Assembly: GCF_009914755.1 (NCBI RefSeq)
Contig: NC_060927.1
Reading direction: 5' to 3' (one strand)
DNA from: the human T2T-CHM13v2.0 reference genome, Homo sapiens
DNA: 64,000 nt
Numbering within the stretch: position 1 is the stretch's first letter; every line of letters begins with the position of its first letter. A program made the position numbers and the translations under genes. The notes beneath the pieces were generated by a model. That model made no database searches and had not been told where the DNA came from. It saw only the letters and a program-made list of their open reading frames with translations. Shown one piece after another: positions 1 to 14,378 of the stretch.

Positions 1-3021
<3,021 letters not shown>

Positions 3022-3084
3022 TATGATGTTAGCTGGTTATTTTGCTTGTTAGTTGATGCAGTTTCCTCCTAGCCTCGATGGTCT

Positions 3085-4101
3085 TTACAATTTGGCATGA
3101 TTTTGCAGTGGCTGGTACCGGTTGTTCCTTTCCATGTTTAGTGCTTCCTTCAGGAGCTCTTTTAGGGCAGGCCTGGTGGTGATGAAATCTCTCAGCATTT
3201 GCTTGTCCTTAAAGTATTTTATTTCTCTTTCACTTATGAAGCTTAGTTTGGCTGGATATGAAATTCTGGGTTGAAAATTCTTTTCTTTAAGAATGTTGAA
3301 TATTGGCCCCCAGTCTCTTCTGGCTTGTAGAGTTTCTGCCAAGAGATCCGCTGTTAGTCTGATGGGCTTCCCTTTGTGGGTAACTCGACCTTTCTCTCTG
3401 GCCGCCCTTAACATTTTTTCCTTCATTTCAACTTTGGTGAATCTGACAATTATGTGTCTTGGAGTTGCTCTTCTCGAGGAGTATCTTTGTGGCGTTCTCT
3501 GTATTTCCTGAATCTGAACGTTGGCCTGCCTTGCTAGATTGGGGAAGTTCTCCTGGATAATATCCTGCAGAGTGTTTTCCAACTTGGTTCCATTCTCCCC
3601 TTCACTTTCAGGTACACCAATCAGACATAGATTTGGTCTTTTCACATAGTCCCATATTTCTTGGAGGCTTTGTTTGTTTCTTTTTATTCTTTTTTCTCTA
3701 AACTTCCCTTCTCACTTCATTTCATTCATTTCATCTTCCATCACTGATACCCTTTCTTCCAGTTGATCGCATCAGCTCCTGAGGCTTCTGCATTCTTCAC
3801 GTAGTTCTCGAGGCTTGGCTTTCAGCTCCATCAGCTCCTTTAAGCACTTCTCTGTGTTGGTTATTCTAGTTATACATTCTTCTAAATTTTTTTCAAAGTT
3901 TTCAGCTTCTTTGCCTTTGGTTTGAATTTCCTCCTGTAGCTCGGAGTAGTTTGATCATCTGAAGCCTTCTTCTCTCAACTCGTCAAAGTCATTCTCCATC
4001 CAGCTTTGTTCCGTTGCTGGTGAGGAGCTGCGTTCCTTTGGAGTAGGAGAGGCACTCTGCTTTTTAGAGTTTCCAGTTTTTCTGCTCTGTTTTTTCCCCA
4101 T
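3085..4101 (-). pseudogene. L1 ORF1 (RNA-binding protein) with nonsense codon 49
   Basis: ATG at 4101 gives MGKKQSRKTGNSK...EEGFR then TGA at 3955-3957 (CGA>TGA). The C-terminal ORF 3085-3645 is in the same frame. The 1017-nt span is the canonical length. Confidence 0.93.
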
Positions 4102-5135
4102 CTTTGTGGTTTTATCTACTTTTGGTCTTTGATGATGGTGATGTACAGATGGGTTTTTGGTGTGGATGTCCTTTCTGGTTGTTAGTTTTCCTTCTAACAA
4201 ACAGACAGGACTCTCAGCTGCAGGTCTGTTGGAGTTTGCTAGAGGTCCACTCCAGAACCTGTTTGCCTGGGCACCGGCAGTGGTGGCTGCAGAACAGCAG
4301 ATTTTCGTGAACCGGGAATGCTGCTGTCTGATCGTTCCTCTGGAAGTTTTGTCTCAGAGGAGTACCCGGCCATGTGAGGTGTCAGTCTGCCCCTACTGGG
4401 GGGTGCCTCCTAGTTAGGCTGCTCGGGGGTCAGGGGTCAGGGACCCACTAGGGGAGGCAGTCTGCCCATTCTCAGATCTCCAGCTGCGTGCTGGGAGAAC
4501 CACTGCTCTCTTCAAAGCTGTCAGGGACATTTAAGTCTGCAGAGGTTACTGCTTTTTGCTTGTCTGTGCCCTGTCGCCAGAGGTGGAGCCTACAGAAGCA
4601 GGCAGGCCTCCTTGAGCTGTGATGGGCTCCACCCAGTTCGAGCTTCCAGGCTGCTTTGTTTACCTAATCAAGCCTGGGCAATGGCAGGCGCCCCTCCCCC
4701 AGCCTCGCTGCCGCCTTGCAGTTTGATCTCAGACTGTTGTGCTAGCAATCAGTGAGACTCCGTGGGCGTAGGACCCTCCGAGCCAGGTGTGGGATATAAT
4801 CTCCTGGTGTGCTGTTTTTTAAGCCTGTCAGAAAAGCACAGTATTAGGGTGGGAGTGACCCGATTTTCCAGGTGCCGTCTGTCACCCCTTTCTTTGACTA
4901 GGAAAGGGAACTCCCTGACCCCTTGCGCTTCCCGAGTGAGGCAATGCCTAGCCCTGCTTCAGCTCACGCACGGTGCGCTGCACCCCCTGTCCTGCGCCCA
5001 CTGTCTGGCACTCCCTAGTGAGATGAACCTGGTACCTCAGATGGAAATGCAGAAATCACCCGTCTTCTGCGTCCCTCATGCTGGGAGCTGTAGACTGGAG
5101 CTGTTCCTATTCGGCCATCTTGGCTCCAGCCTCCC
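4102..5135 (-). promoter_or_regulatory. L1 5'UTR internal sense promoter and antisense promoter region, YY1 motif intact
   Basis: GGCCATCTT at 5113-5121 is AAGATGGCC (YY1 site) on the - strand. GC and CpG content are higher than in the flanks. Activity cannot be shown from sequence. Confidence 0.75.
4681..4755 (+). pseudogene. L1 ORF0 remnant truncated to 24 aa
   Basis: ATG at 4681 gives MAGAPPPASLPPCSLISDCCASNQ then TGA at 4753-4755 (CGA>TGA). Track ORF 4762-5157 is the same frame downstream. Confidence 0.85.
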
Positions 5136-5676
5136 ATTTATTGTTGCTATTGTTTAACAGCTGATACAGGTATTCTGGTGATGCTAATGTACTGCTTAGT
5201 CACCTTGAACACATTTTTTGCCATAATAACAGTATGTCATATTTTTGCTGTTAAGTACTTATATGTGAATAAATGTAAGAAAATGATTGCTCATCAGGAG
5301 CATACAAATTGCAAGTCAGGAATGATGGTGATGCTAAACAACCAATCGTCCACATTGGCAGCTTAGCGACACCTTTGCTTTCTGATGATTTTAAACAACC
5401 AATCGTCCACGTTGGCAGCTTAGCAACACCTTTGCTTTCTGATGATTTAATGTACACAAACTTTGTTTCATGCCCAAAATTATTTAAAATATTGTATAAA
5501 ATTACCTTCATGCTGTGTGTATATGGTATATATGAAACATCATAAATGAATTCACGTTTGCGTTTCATCCCCAAGATATCTCATTATGTACACGAAAATA
5601 TTCCAAAACCAGAAAACGTCCAAAATCTAAAACACTTTTAGTCCCAAGCTTTTTGGATAATGAATGCTTAACCTCT
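5136..5676 (+). mobile_element. Tigger4/Zombi (MER46-like) DNA transposon fragment, interrupted by the L1
   Basis: Ends ...AAAATATTCCAAAA...AACACTTTTAGTCCCAAGCTTTTTGGATAATGAATGCTTAACCTCTA, matching the Tigger4 terminal inverted repeat region. Strand is tentative. Confidence 0.75.
5335..5448. repeat. 57-bp tandem duplication (2 copies)
   Basis: TAAACAACCAATCGTCCAC...CTGATGATTT starts at 5335 and again at 5392, with 2 substitutions. Confidence 0.95.
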
Positions 5677-5797
5677 AATTATTTAATGTAAATTAATGAA
5701 ATATATTTCTAAGCATCGTCACACTCTTGAAATTATTACTGGTGTTTTCAGATCTCTATTCTCATGAACATTCTAATACAGCAGCTAATCACACTTG

Positions 5798-5948
5798 CTG
5801 TGGAGTTGGATGACACAAGCTTGAATTCAGTTCCATCAGCTAGTAGCTCTCTAACCTTGCACAAGTTACTTACTTAGCCCCTCCAAGCCTAGGTACCATC
5901 TTCTATCAAATGAAGGTAACAGGGGAGATTAACCATGTAAAATTACTT
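5798..5948 (+). mobile_element. MIR SINE fragment
   Basis: Degenerate MIR core: GGAGTT...TTGAATTC...ACCTTGCACAAGTTACTT...CTATCAAATG. Confidence 0.6.
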
Positions 5949-7065
5949 GCAGCTACTGGTATTACTCTTGTCCAGAGTGAAATAATGAAGTGTGAAACTG
6001 ACAAAAATGCATTTTTACATTCACATTTAAGCTTTTTAAAAAATGCTGTAACAAAGGAAGTAGAGATTTTTGATGATCAGTTCAAGCATGCATTTGAGAA
6101 TGTCTGGGCACTTCTCCCACTGATACTAGTGAGATCAATGTGGTTAATACTTCATGTAATTGCAAATTGCATTGTTCGGTGTTCACTAGTCAGAATGACT
6201 ATGTGAAATAAGTCTTAGAATGGGCAGAGAAAGAGGCTCTTTCTTCTGAGGTAATGTGTTAGCTGGCCTGGGATTAAAGCAATCATGGAGCAAGCCTGTT
6301 GCCTAGGTTGCTCTCCCCACCCTTACCATGGTCCGGTCCATCTGCTTTGAGAGATCAGAACAGAGTCAACAATTTTTAGCAACATGTTTTCTTGTCCTTG
6401 CTGGCTTTGTTTTAGTTTGAAGTACACAAATTTGGGGTACCATTTCTATTTAGATAATTGAACTTGAATACTTATGCTGGTTGCTAAGTCTACCAAGCAT
6501 TCTCACCAAAAGAGGAAAGGGAGTAATTCAAACCATTTAGGAATTTGGGGCTGTAATGATGCAAGTGTGGCTATCAGTTTTCTTTCTTTAAAATAAAATT
6601 GGCAGCTTAAATAATAGAGTCAAATTGACCAGATGTTTTGCACTTGGTTAAATGCATTCCAATTAACCAATCAGTACGAATAACTGATTAGATCTTTTGC
6701 TAAAGAATTCCCATTAAGCAAATAACAACAATGGCAACAACAACAACAAAGCAGTTCAAACAAGTTTCTTTTGCTTTCTACTTGCTGAAATGAGAGAACC
6801 TGCAAAGGGAGAATCCATGTTAGATGAATCTCTACCCTGAGTTTTTATGTAGTTTGTTTCCAGCTGACCTAAGCATTAGCCTAGAATAAGTTTGAAATTT
6901 TTGTTTAAAAAAAAAAGAAAGTTTCAAATGGCTGAAGACAATATCCTAATAGCTTTGGTAATGACGGCATGTGCATCTTTTTACATTGTGCACTATAGAT
7001 ATGAAAATTAGATGCACTACGTCTTAAATATGAGTATCATGTTTTAGTTTTTGTACAAATTCTCA

Positions 7066-7608
7066 TTTATATAAGGGGGTTTATTAGGAAGAATTGGTTC
7101 ACCTGATTACAAGGCAAAGTCCCACAATAAGCCATCTGCAAAATGGGGAAAGAAGGAAGCTGGTAGCATAGCTCCGTCCGAGTCCAAAAGTTTCAAAACT
7201 AGGGAAGCTGACAGTGCGGTCCTTACCCTGAGGCTGAAGGCCTGAGAGCCCCTGGGAGGTTGCTGATGCTAGTCCCAGAGTCCAAAGGCCAAAGTACTTG
7301 GAGTCTAATGTCCAAGGGCAGGAGGAAAGCAAGCCAAGCATCTGGCATGGCATGGGAAGAAAAAAGCAAGCAGACTCAGCAGGCAATTTAATTACTCCCC
7401 TTCTTCTGCCTGCTTTGTTCCAGTCACACTGGAAGCTGGTTGGATGGTGTCCACTCACACTGAGGGTGGGTATTTCTCTTCTAGTCCACTGATTCAAAAG
7501 TCAGTGTCCACTGGGAACATCCTCAGAGACACCCCCACAAACTACTTCACCAGCTATCCAGGCATCGCTCAATCCAGTCAAATTGGACACCTAATATTAA
7601 TAATCACA
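7066..7608 (-). mobile_element. MLT2B-like (ERVL) solo LTR lacking its 3'-terminal ~50 bp
   Basis: The reverse complement starts TGTGATTATTAATATTAGGTGTCCAATTTGACTGGATTGAG, the MLT2 start. Internal GATTACAAGGCAAAGTCCCAC motif. Confidence 0.85.
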
Positions 7609-7818
7609 TATAGTTATGACATTTGCATAAGGTAAGTGTTTAATATGAACAAAAATTAAATTAAATCAAAATTGAAAAATATTGCCATGATTGTAGGATA
7701 CAAGTTGGTAGACCACTGTCAGAATTCCAGAATTACTGGCTAAGTCCGTCATAATCATAAACACCGAACTTGGAATCTGGTTAATGGGAGTTTTCCTCTT
7801 AGAGAATCCATATAATAT

Positions 7819-8116
7819 GGCCAGGCACAGTGGCTCATGCCTGTAATCCCAGATCTTTGGGAGGCCAAGGGGGATGGATCACTTGAGCCTAGGAATTCAA
7901 GACCAGGCTGGATAACATTTGAGACCAGGCTGGACAACATACTGAGAACCCGTGTCTACAAAAATAAAAATAGCCAGGCTTGGTGGTGCATGCCTGTAGT
8001 CCCTGCTACTCAGGCGGCCGAGGCAGGAAGAGGCCTTAGGGCTTTACCCATGATCAGACCACTGCACTCGAGCCTGGACAACAGAACAAGAGCCTGTCTC
8101 AAAAAGAAAAAAAAAA
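7819..8116 (+). mobile_element. AluJ-like SINE with an internal ~22-bp duplication
   Basis: GGCCAGGCACAGTGGCTCATGCC...CACTTGAGCCTAGGAATTCAAGACC. AGACCAGGCTGGA-AACAT occurs twice at ~7899-7940. A-tail present. Confidence 0.9.
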
Positions 8117-8208
8117 GAGAGAGAGAGACAATACATTTAATAAGGTATGCTCATCACATTATATAAATAAAAATGCACACATTACATATTCATAGAAAAT
8201 TGTAACTT

Positions 8209-8518
<310 letters not shown>

Positions 8519-8739
8519 TTATCTTTTGGTGGTGGTAATATATATGGTTTTTGTTTAACTACTTTCTATTGGCCTGCATTGCCCATGTTTCTATAGTAAT
8601 TGTCTGCTTTATTAATATATATTTAATGAAGTTTTCTTTAGGAGGAGATTTGTAGTGGCTAATCTATTATTTGGTCATAAATGTACACACCTGTACATTT
8701 AGTATTTATTCCTGCTTGGAAGTCTTAGTACCTAGTCCA

Positions 8740-9365
8740 AAGGGACTGATGGTTCCTTTTGCTAGGAATAATCCTTTCCAATACCTTCTTATTTCTCTCC
8801 TGATCATTTAGGCCTCATCTTGTCATTAGAACTCATCGTTATGAGGACTCACTGAAACACTCTATAGTAGCTCTCCAATCAATCACATCACCATTTTATG
8901 TACATCAAAATTACAATTGCTATTTGACATTTTCTTTTTGTTAGCATATTATATTTTCATCTAATAGAATTTAAACTCCATAATAATGGTGACTCATTAT
9001 GAAGTCTTATTTATTACCACATCCCATCACATGATTACAAGGCAAAGTCCCACGATAAGCTGCCTGCAAGCTGGGGAAAGAGAGAAGCCAGTAGCACGGC
9101 TTAGTCCAAGTCCGAAAGCCTCAAAACCAGAGAATTGTTTTCTGGCATTGTGTGGATGGGCATCAGATGGGTGGAATAGGAAGACAGGAATTTTTGGTTT
9201 CTATAGTGTGTTAGTCAGGGTTCTCCAGAGGGACAGAAGCAATAGGATATATATATCCTATTAATTCCACAATTCCTTATACAGTGGATTGGCATGTAGT
9301 AGACGCACAAAAAATTTTAGTTGGAGAATTGAGTGGAAATGAATTCAGTAAGTGAATGAATCAAT
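8740..9365 (+). mobile_element. L2 3' end remnant interrupted by an MLT2-derived insert
   Basis: TAGAATTTAAACTCCAT... and ...ACAGTGGATTGGCATGTAGTAGACGCACAAAAAATTTTAGTTGG...AATGAAT resemble the L2 tail on either side of 9025-9265. Confidence 0.6.
9027..9262 (-). mobile_element. Permuted MLT2 LTR fragments plus a 72-bp unassigned spacer
   Basis: 9027-9134 is MLT2 interior (homologous to 7098-7205). 9207-9256 is the MLT2 terminus TGTGTTAGTCAGGGTTCTCCAGAGGGACAGAA...ATAGGATATATA. Confidence 0.8.
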
Positions 9366-11546
9366 TGCACTAAAATGGCAATCTTGTAAACTCTTGGGCT
9401 GTGTCTCTTGTCCATCCACTAAAATAGTGTTCAGAGATTGATTATTTCAATGAACACCTTCATACCACAGATTGATAGAAGCTGTTGTTTTGTATCATTT
9501 GACTCTTCCTGTGATAGTGAGGGCTTTACTTACATGATTTTTTCAAAGGCAACCTGGACCATCCCAAGCAGATGCATGATCGATAATCCATTTTTTTCCT
9601 GGGGAAAAATGGAACATTTTATAGCTTAGACATATGTTGGATTAGACATAGTGAATGCGAATTAAAAGCCTGTAAACTACTCTGTAAGCCAAGTCAACCT
9701 AATAGAACATATTCAGTGTAACCATAAGGGATTTCTCCCAAACTCGACTCACAAGAAGGAAAATATGCAAGGCAGCCGATTTTCCACTTCCGGTCCCATA
9801 ACAAAAGCTTTCAGAACTGACAGCTTATACTTTATTAAACAGAATATAAATTAGTAAATATGCACACACAACCTTGTGACTAATTGTATTTACTAGCATT
9901 TCAGGGTCAGACCAGAAAGGATGTCTTTTTGAGAAAACCATCTTATTCTCTCTCCTCCATCATTTTTTTATGCCTGCTGACTTTTGCAGTCTTTAATGAA
10001 TGTTAATGCATTTTTTAATTTAAGAAATATGGCATGAAAGCTTTCTACAGAGACTATTCCAAGTGCAGGAGATAATTCACTGAAAAAAATGACAAAAACA
10101 AAATGTTAAAATTCTTATTTTATAAAGTTTACATTCTAGTGGGTGGAGGGAGAAAAATATATTATTAAAACAAACTACACCAGAATGTGTTAAAAATAAG
10201 AAGAAAAATAAAGCAGAAATACCAGTTATGAAGTGTCAGTAGGATATAGGAAGGAGAAATAAGTATGGCCCTGAGGTCAAAACATTCCTAGAAGTTCAAA
10301 TCAAGAGCTATAGAGTTGGGACAAATAGAGCAAGGGAAAAATAGTTAGAGGTGACTTACAGAGGGGATCAGAGTCAAATCCTAGAACCTTGCAGTCCACT
10401 GTAAGGACTTAGCTTCTGCCATAAGAAAGAATAAGATATAAAAGGACCCAGATGAATGAAGCCTTTATGGCCACAGAAACCAGGTGGGAGGAGATGCCAC
10501 TGTCTAGGATAGGTAAGATTCTTGGCAGAATCACATTTTGGTAGATGAGTGTCAGGGGTTTGATTTTGGACATGCAACATTTGAAGTTTCCTTTAAACCT
10601 TTAGATAGTTGGTTGTCTCTATCTGGACTTCAGATGAGCGGTCTGGGAGTTATCAGGTAGAGATGGTACCAAAAGCTATGAGAGTGGATGAGGTGACCCA
10701 AAGAGAGAGTACGGAGCTCTGTGAAGTATGTTTGAGTCGCATTAAAGTGGAGCAGTCAGGGAGAGGAAGAGAAGTGGCTGGTCAAGTAAGAAGAAAGTCA
10801 TCAGAGAGTATGGTGTTCTAGAAGCCTGCTTAAGAAAGACTTTGCAGAAAAATGGAGGGACTCACTCTATTATATGCTGCTAGTAGATCAGGTATAAGAA
10901 AAACTTAAAATTGACCACTGGATTTAGCAGATGGAGGTCCTGAGTAATCCCGATAAGAAAATTTTCATTCTCACTCAGTTGAGTTCCCATTGACTGAGAA
11001 TGGGAGAAGTCTGAGAGAAATGAGCTCAAGAAGAGAATATAGAGATGGTGACAGCCCTTTTGAGAAGGTTTTCTGTAACAAGGACTGGAAAGCAGGTTAC
11101 TAGATGAAAGTCAGATGAAGAAATTTTGAACATGAAATAATTTGCAGCATGTTTGTATGCTAAAGTGAATGATCCAGTAAAGATGGGAAAATGGATAACT
11201 CAGTAGAGTAAATAATTAATTTGCTAGAGTGACAATCTTGAGTAGACTAGAGGAAAGTGGATTTAGAGCAAATGCCAGCATGCATGTTTCTCTGTAATAA
11301 CAAATAGAAAATTGTCAATTGAAACAAAAAGTGTCAATTAAACTAACATACATAGTAGTAGGCAGAAAGAGAAATGGTGGTAATGTAGATCTTCCATGTT
11401 TACTGCTTCTTTTTTACTAAATAAAATTGAATCAAAAGCATCAGTTGAAAGTGAGAATTCAGAAAGTATGGTGGGAAAGTTAAGAAGAAGATACACAAGG
11501 CTAAAAATTGTCCTCCAGGAGAATGAGAGACTGAATAAATAAGAAA

Positions 11547-11770
11547 AGAGGTCAGCAAACTTTCTGTGAAGGATCAGATAATAAATATAAATATTTTATT
11601 TTATGCTTTGTGCCCATCTGGTTTTTTTCACAACTACTCAGCCCTGCATAACAGCAAAAGCAGCCATAGATACATATACAAATGGGTGTGGCTATGTTTT
11701 AACAAAACTTAAAAAGAAAATCAAACAATGGATTAGATTTGGCTCTTGGGACCATAGTGTGCTTACTTTG
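11547..11770 (+). mobile_element. MER58A (hAT-Charlie) DNA transposon
   Basis: GAGGTCAGCAAACTTTCTGTGAAGG...CACAACTACTCA...AAAGCAGCCATAGA...GGGTGTGGCTATGTT. Confidence 0.85.
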
Positions 11771-11804
11771 GGAAAGCACTAAGGGACTATCTGATACTAT
11801 TTGT

Positions 11805-12156
11805 TGCTATGGTCTAAATGCTTATGTCCCCCCAGACTTATATGTTGCAATCCTAAACCCTAAGGTGACGGTATTAAGAGATAGGGCAGTAATTCGGTTA
11901 TGAAGGTGGAACCTTCACAAATAGAATGAGTGCCTGAGGTAAAAGATACCCCAGAGAGCTAGCTAGACCCATCCACCATGTAAGGAAACAGCAAGGAAGC
12001 ATTGTCTATGAGCCAGAAAGGAGTTCCTCATCAGACTCTGAGTTGGCCTTGATCTTGGACTTTCCAGTCTTCAGAACTGTAAGACATACATTTTTGTTAA
12101 TTTTAAGCCACCTAGTTTATAGTATTTTGTTAGAACAGCTTAACCAAACTAAGATA
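11805..12156 (+). mobile_element. MLT1A-like MaLR solo LTR
   Basis: TGCTATGGTCTAAATG...GCCTTGATCTTGGACTTTCCAGTCTTCAGAACTGTAAG...AACTAAGATA. Confidence 0.85.
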
Positions 12157-13604
12157 GTGGTCATGAAAATGTAAGACCATGTAATACATTGTGTGTTCTT
12201 TCAAATAATTTCTCTGTGCCAAATAAGTAGAAAATCTGATTTAATCAAGATTGAAGCTGTACAAGCTAAGAGTAACAAGTAGAGTGAGGTAGAAGGAAAT
12301 TGAGCATGTATACAAAGGAAATATTATAATAATTAATCATAGAATATAATGAAGCTCATTAAAGTAGGAAGAAGGACATGAGGAGAATGAAAAAGACTAA
12401 AAAGTTGGTAGGCTCAAAGGACTGCAGTTGTAGTTAAAGAAATCCTGTATTAGGCATATTACAAAGATAGATGTTACTTGTTGAATGGGGTAGCTAAATT
12501 ATATTATGGAGGGATACATTTATTAGTATTAAGACCCAGGAAATACCAGTGAGAGTGAATTACTATGCATTGGAACAAAATCTTGGACCAACATCTCTGG
12601 AGCAAAGGAAGTAAAAGAATTGAGAGACCAAGGAATTAGAAGAATCACTCACAGATATATTTAATTTACCAAGAATTTAGAGAAGTAATTTTAGAGAATT
12701 TAGAAGTAATTTTAAATTGGGTGATAAAATCTCCAGGGAGTTAAAATATGAAATAACCCAGAAAAGGTTGGGTAATGGTTAATGTAGTCTAATGGTTAAA
12801 ACTTCCAATCTGAGGATTTTTTTAGGAAAAAAGGAAGGAGATATCTGAAAACAATCATAAATATAAAAGAGAACCCTTACACACCTCTAGGTATAAATAA
12901 GAATATGGAAAAAAAAGTCACCAACTGAGAGAACTGTAAGGAAGCAGCATTCTTAAATGGAAATCAGGTGTCAGCAAGAAGGTAAAATTAACACTCAGCA
13001 CAGAGACTGAGAATGTAGGAGGTTTTGCTCATACATGACCCTCAGTTCCAGCACACTGATAAAGCTTTTGGGAGCTGGACATTGGCAGTAGAAGGACAAA
13101 GAAAAGAGAATGCATGGAAAGAAATTGAAAATGAAACTGAAGATTTATATGGGATTCCCAGTGCTTGATGAAAACAAGAATAAAAGGCATAAGGTTAGTC
13201 TTGATGGGCACAAGGCAGGTGGTGGTGAAGTGTTGCTTGTTGGAGAGAAGGGAGGAATGGTAGTCTTGCCCACATGTTCCTAAGCAAGAACAGGACCACG
13301 GTCCTTAATCGTTTTCAACATTTGTCTCCAGTTCTGATTTGCAGTGTTGTGTCATATGATTTTTGCCTTCCACCCAAGATCTTCAAGAAATGTTTAAAGT
13401 GCTAAGTTACTTTAATTCTCAAATGCAATCTAATTCTTAAAAGTCCTACCCTTCTCCAAGACCGTGGTTGGTCTCATTTCTTGCTCTTGCTTTTAACTCT
13501 GGGCTAGGATCTTGCTGACCCCATGGAGTCACTGGATTTTCTTAAAATTTTTAGTAGGCAGGCAATCTTCAAGTTGAAAGCCACTGCAACTCTAAGATGG
13601 CAAT

Positions 13605-13652
13605 ATAACTCTGAAAGCCATGTTTTTCATAACTCTGAAAGCCATGTTTTTC
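13605..13652. repeat. Perfect 24-bp tandem duplication
   Basis: ATAACTCTGAAAGCCATGTTTTTC twice. Confidence 0.95.
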
Positions 13653-13989
13653 AAGAATAAAGATTGTGCTGAGCTGCTTTATTGTCCTGTCTTTATTTTC
13701 AAAGGCTTTGTAGAGTTTGTCTGGACTCACTTTCAAAACATAAAAAGACATCACTCTCTGCCCTTCAGTGTGTTCACATATGGGAATGCTTCTTATAACA
13801 AATAGCATAGTTGAATAATAATGCTTATGGAGCAAAATATTTCTCAAGGTTGGAGAATGAGTGCATGATATAGTAATAACCACTTGTGTGTTTAGAGCTA
13901 TAGTGATTATGTCATTTGTTGTCTAATCCAGGACACTTTCAAGCATGAAATGGGGAACTGATAATAATTAATCTGGGGCAGCAGGTGTG

Positions 13990-14378
13990 CTAGTGTGCTG
14001 CAAATCTGCTTTAACAAAGACATTTCCAAATACAGACACTTAAATAAGAAAGAAGTTTGTTTGTCTCACATGATGCAGAGGTGAGAAGTTGGTGGATGCC
14101 AAGTGGCCCTGAATTTTGTTGTCTCTTCAGGTCTAAGGACTGCTCCATCTATAACAATTTTGAAAAAGCAGGAAAAGAAAAGAGAGTGGGTTGGAGGCAA
14201 GCAGCAGGATTTTAAGAACTCAATGCAGAAATTGCTCACATGTCACCCATGTGCCACTGGACAAAGCATAGCCACCTAGCACACCTAGCTGCGAAGGAAA
14301 GTGGTTTCTAACTGGTAGCCACAGGCCCTGGCAAAATTTAGGAAGTAGATATCCGGGAATAATTAGCAATATCTGCCG
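13990..14378 (-). mobile_element. Old MLT1 (J/K/L-like) LTR fragment
   Basis: CTTAAATAAGAAAGAAGTTTGTTTGTCTCACATG and CACACCTAGCTGCGAAGG...TTAGCAATATCTGCC motifs. Confidence 0.5.

Larger units (their letters stand above)
9990..13260 (-). mobile_element. Highly diverged L2 LINE, interrupted by MER58A and MLT1A
   Basis: Purine-rich antisense L2 motifs such as TTTTGGACATGCAACATTTGAAG, GAGAGTGGATGAGGTGACC and TTGACCACTGGATTTAGCA. Boundaries approximate. Confidence 0.55.
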
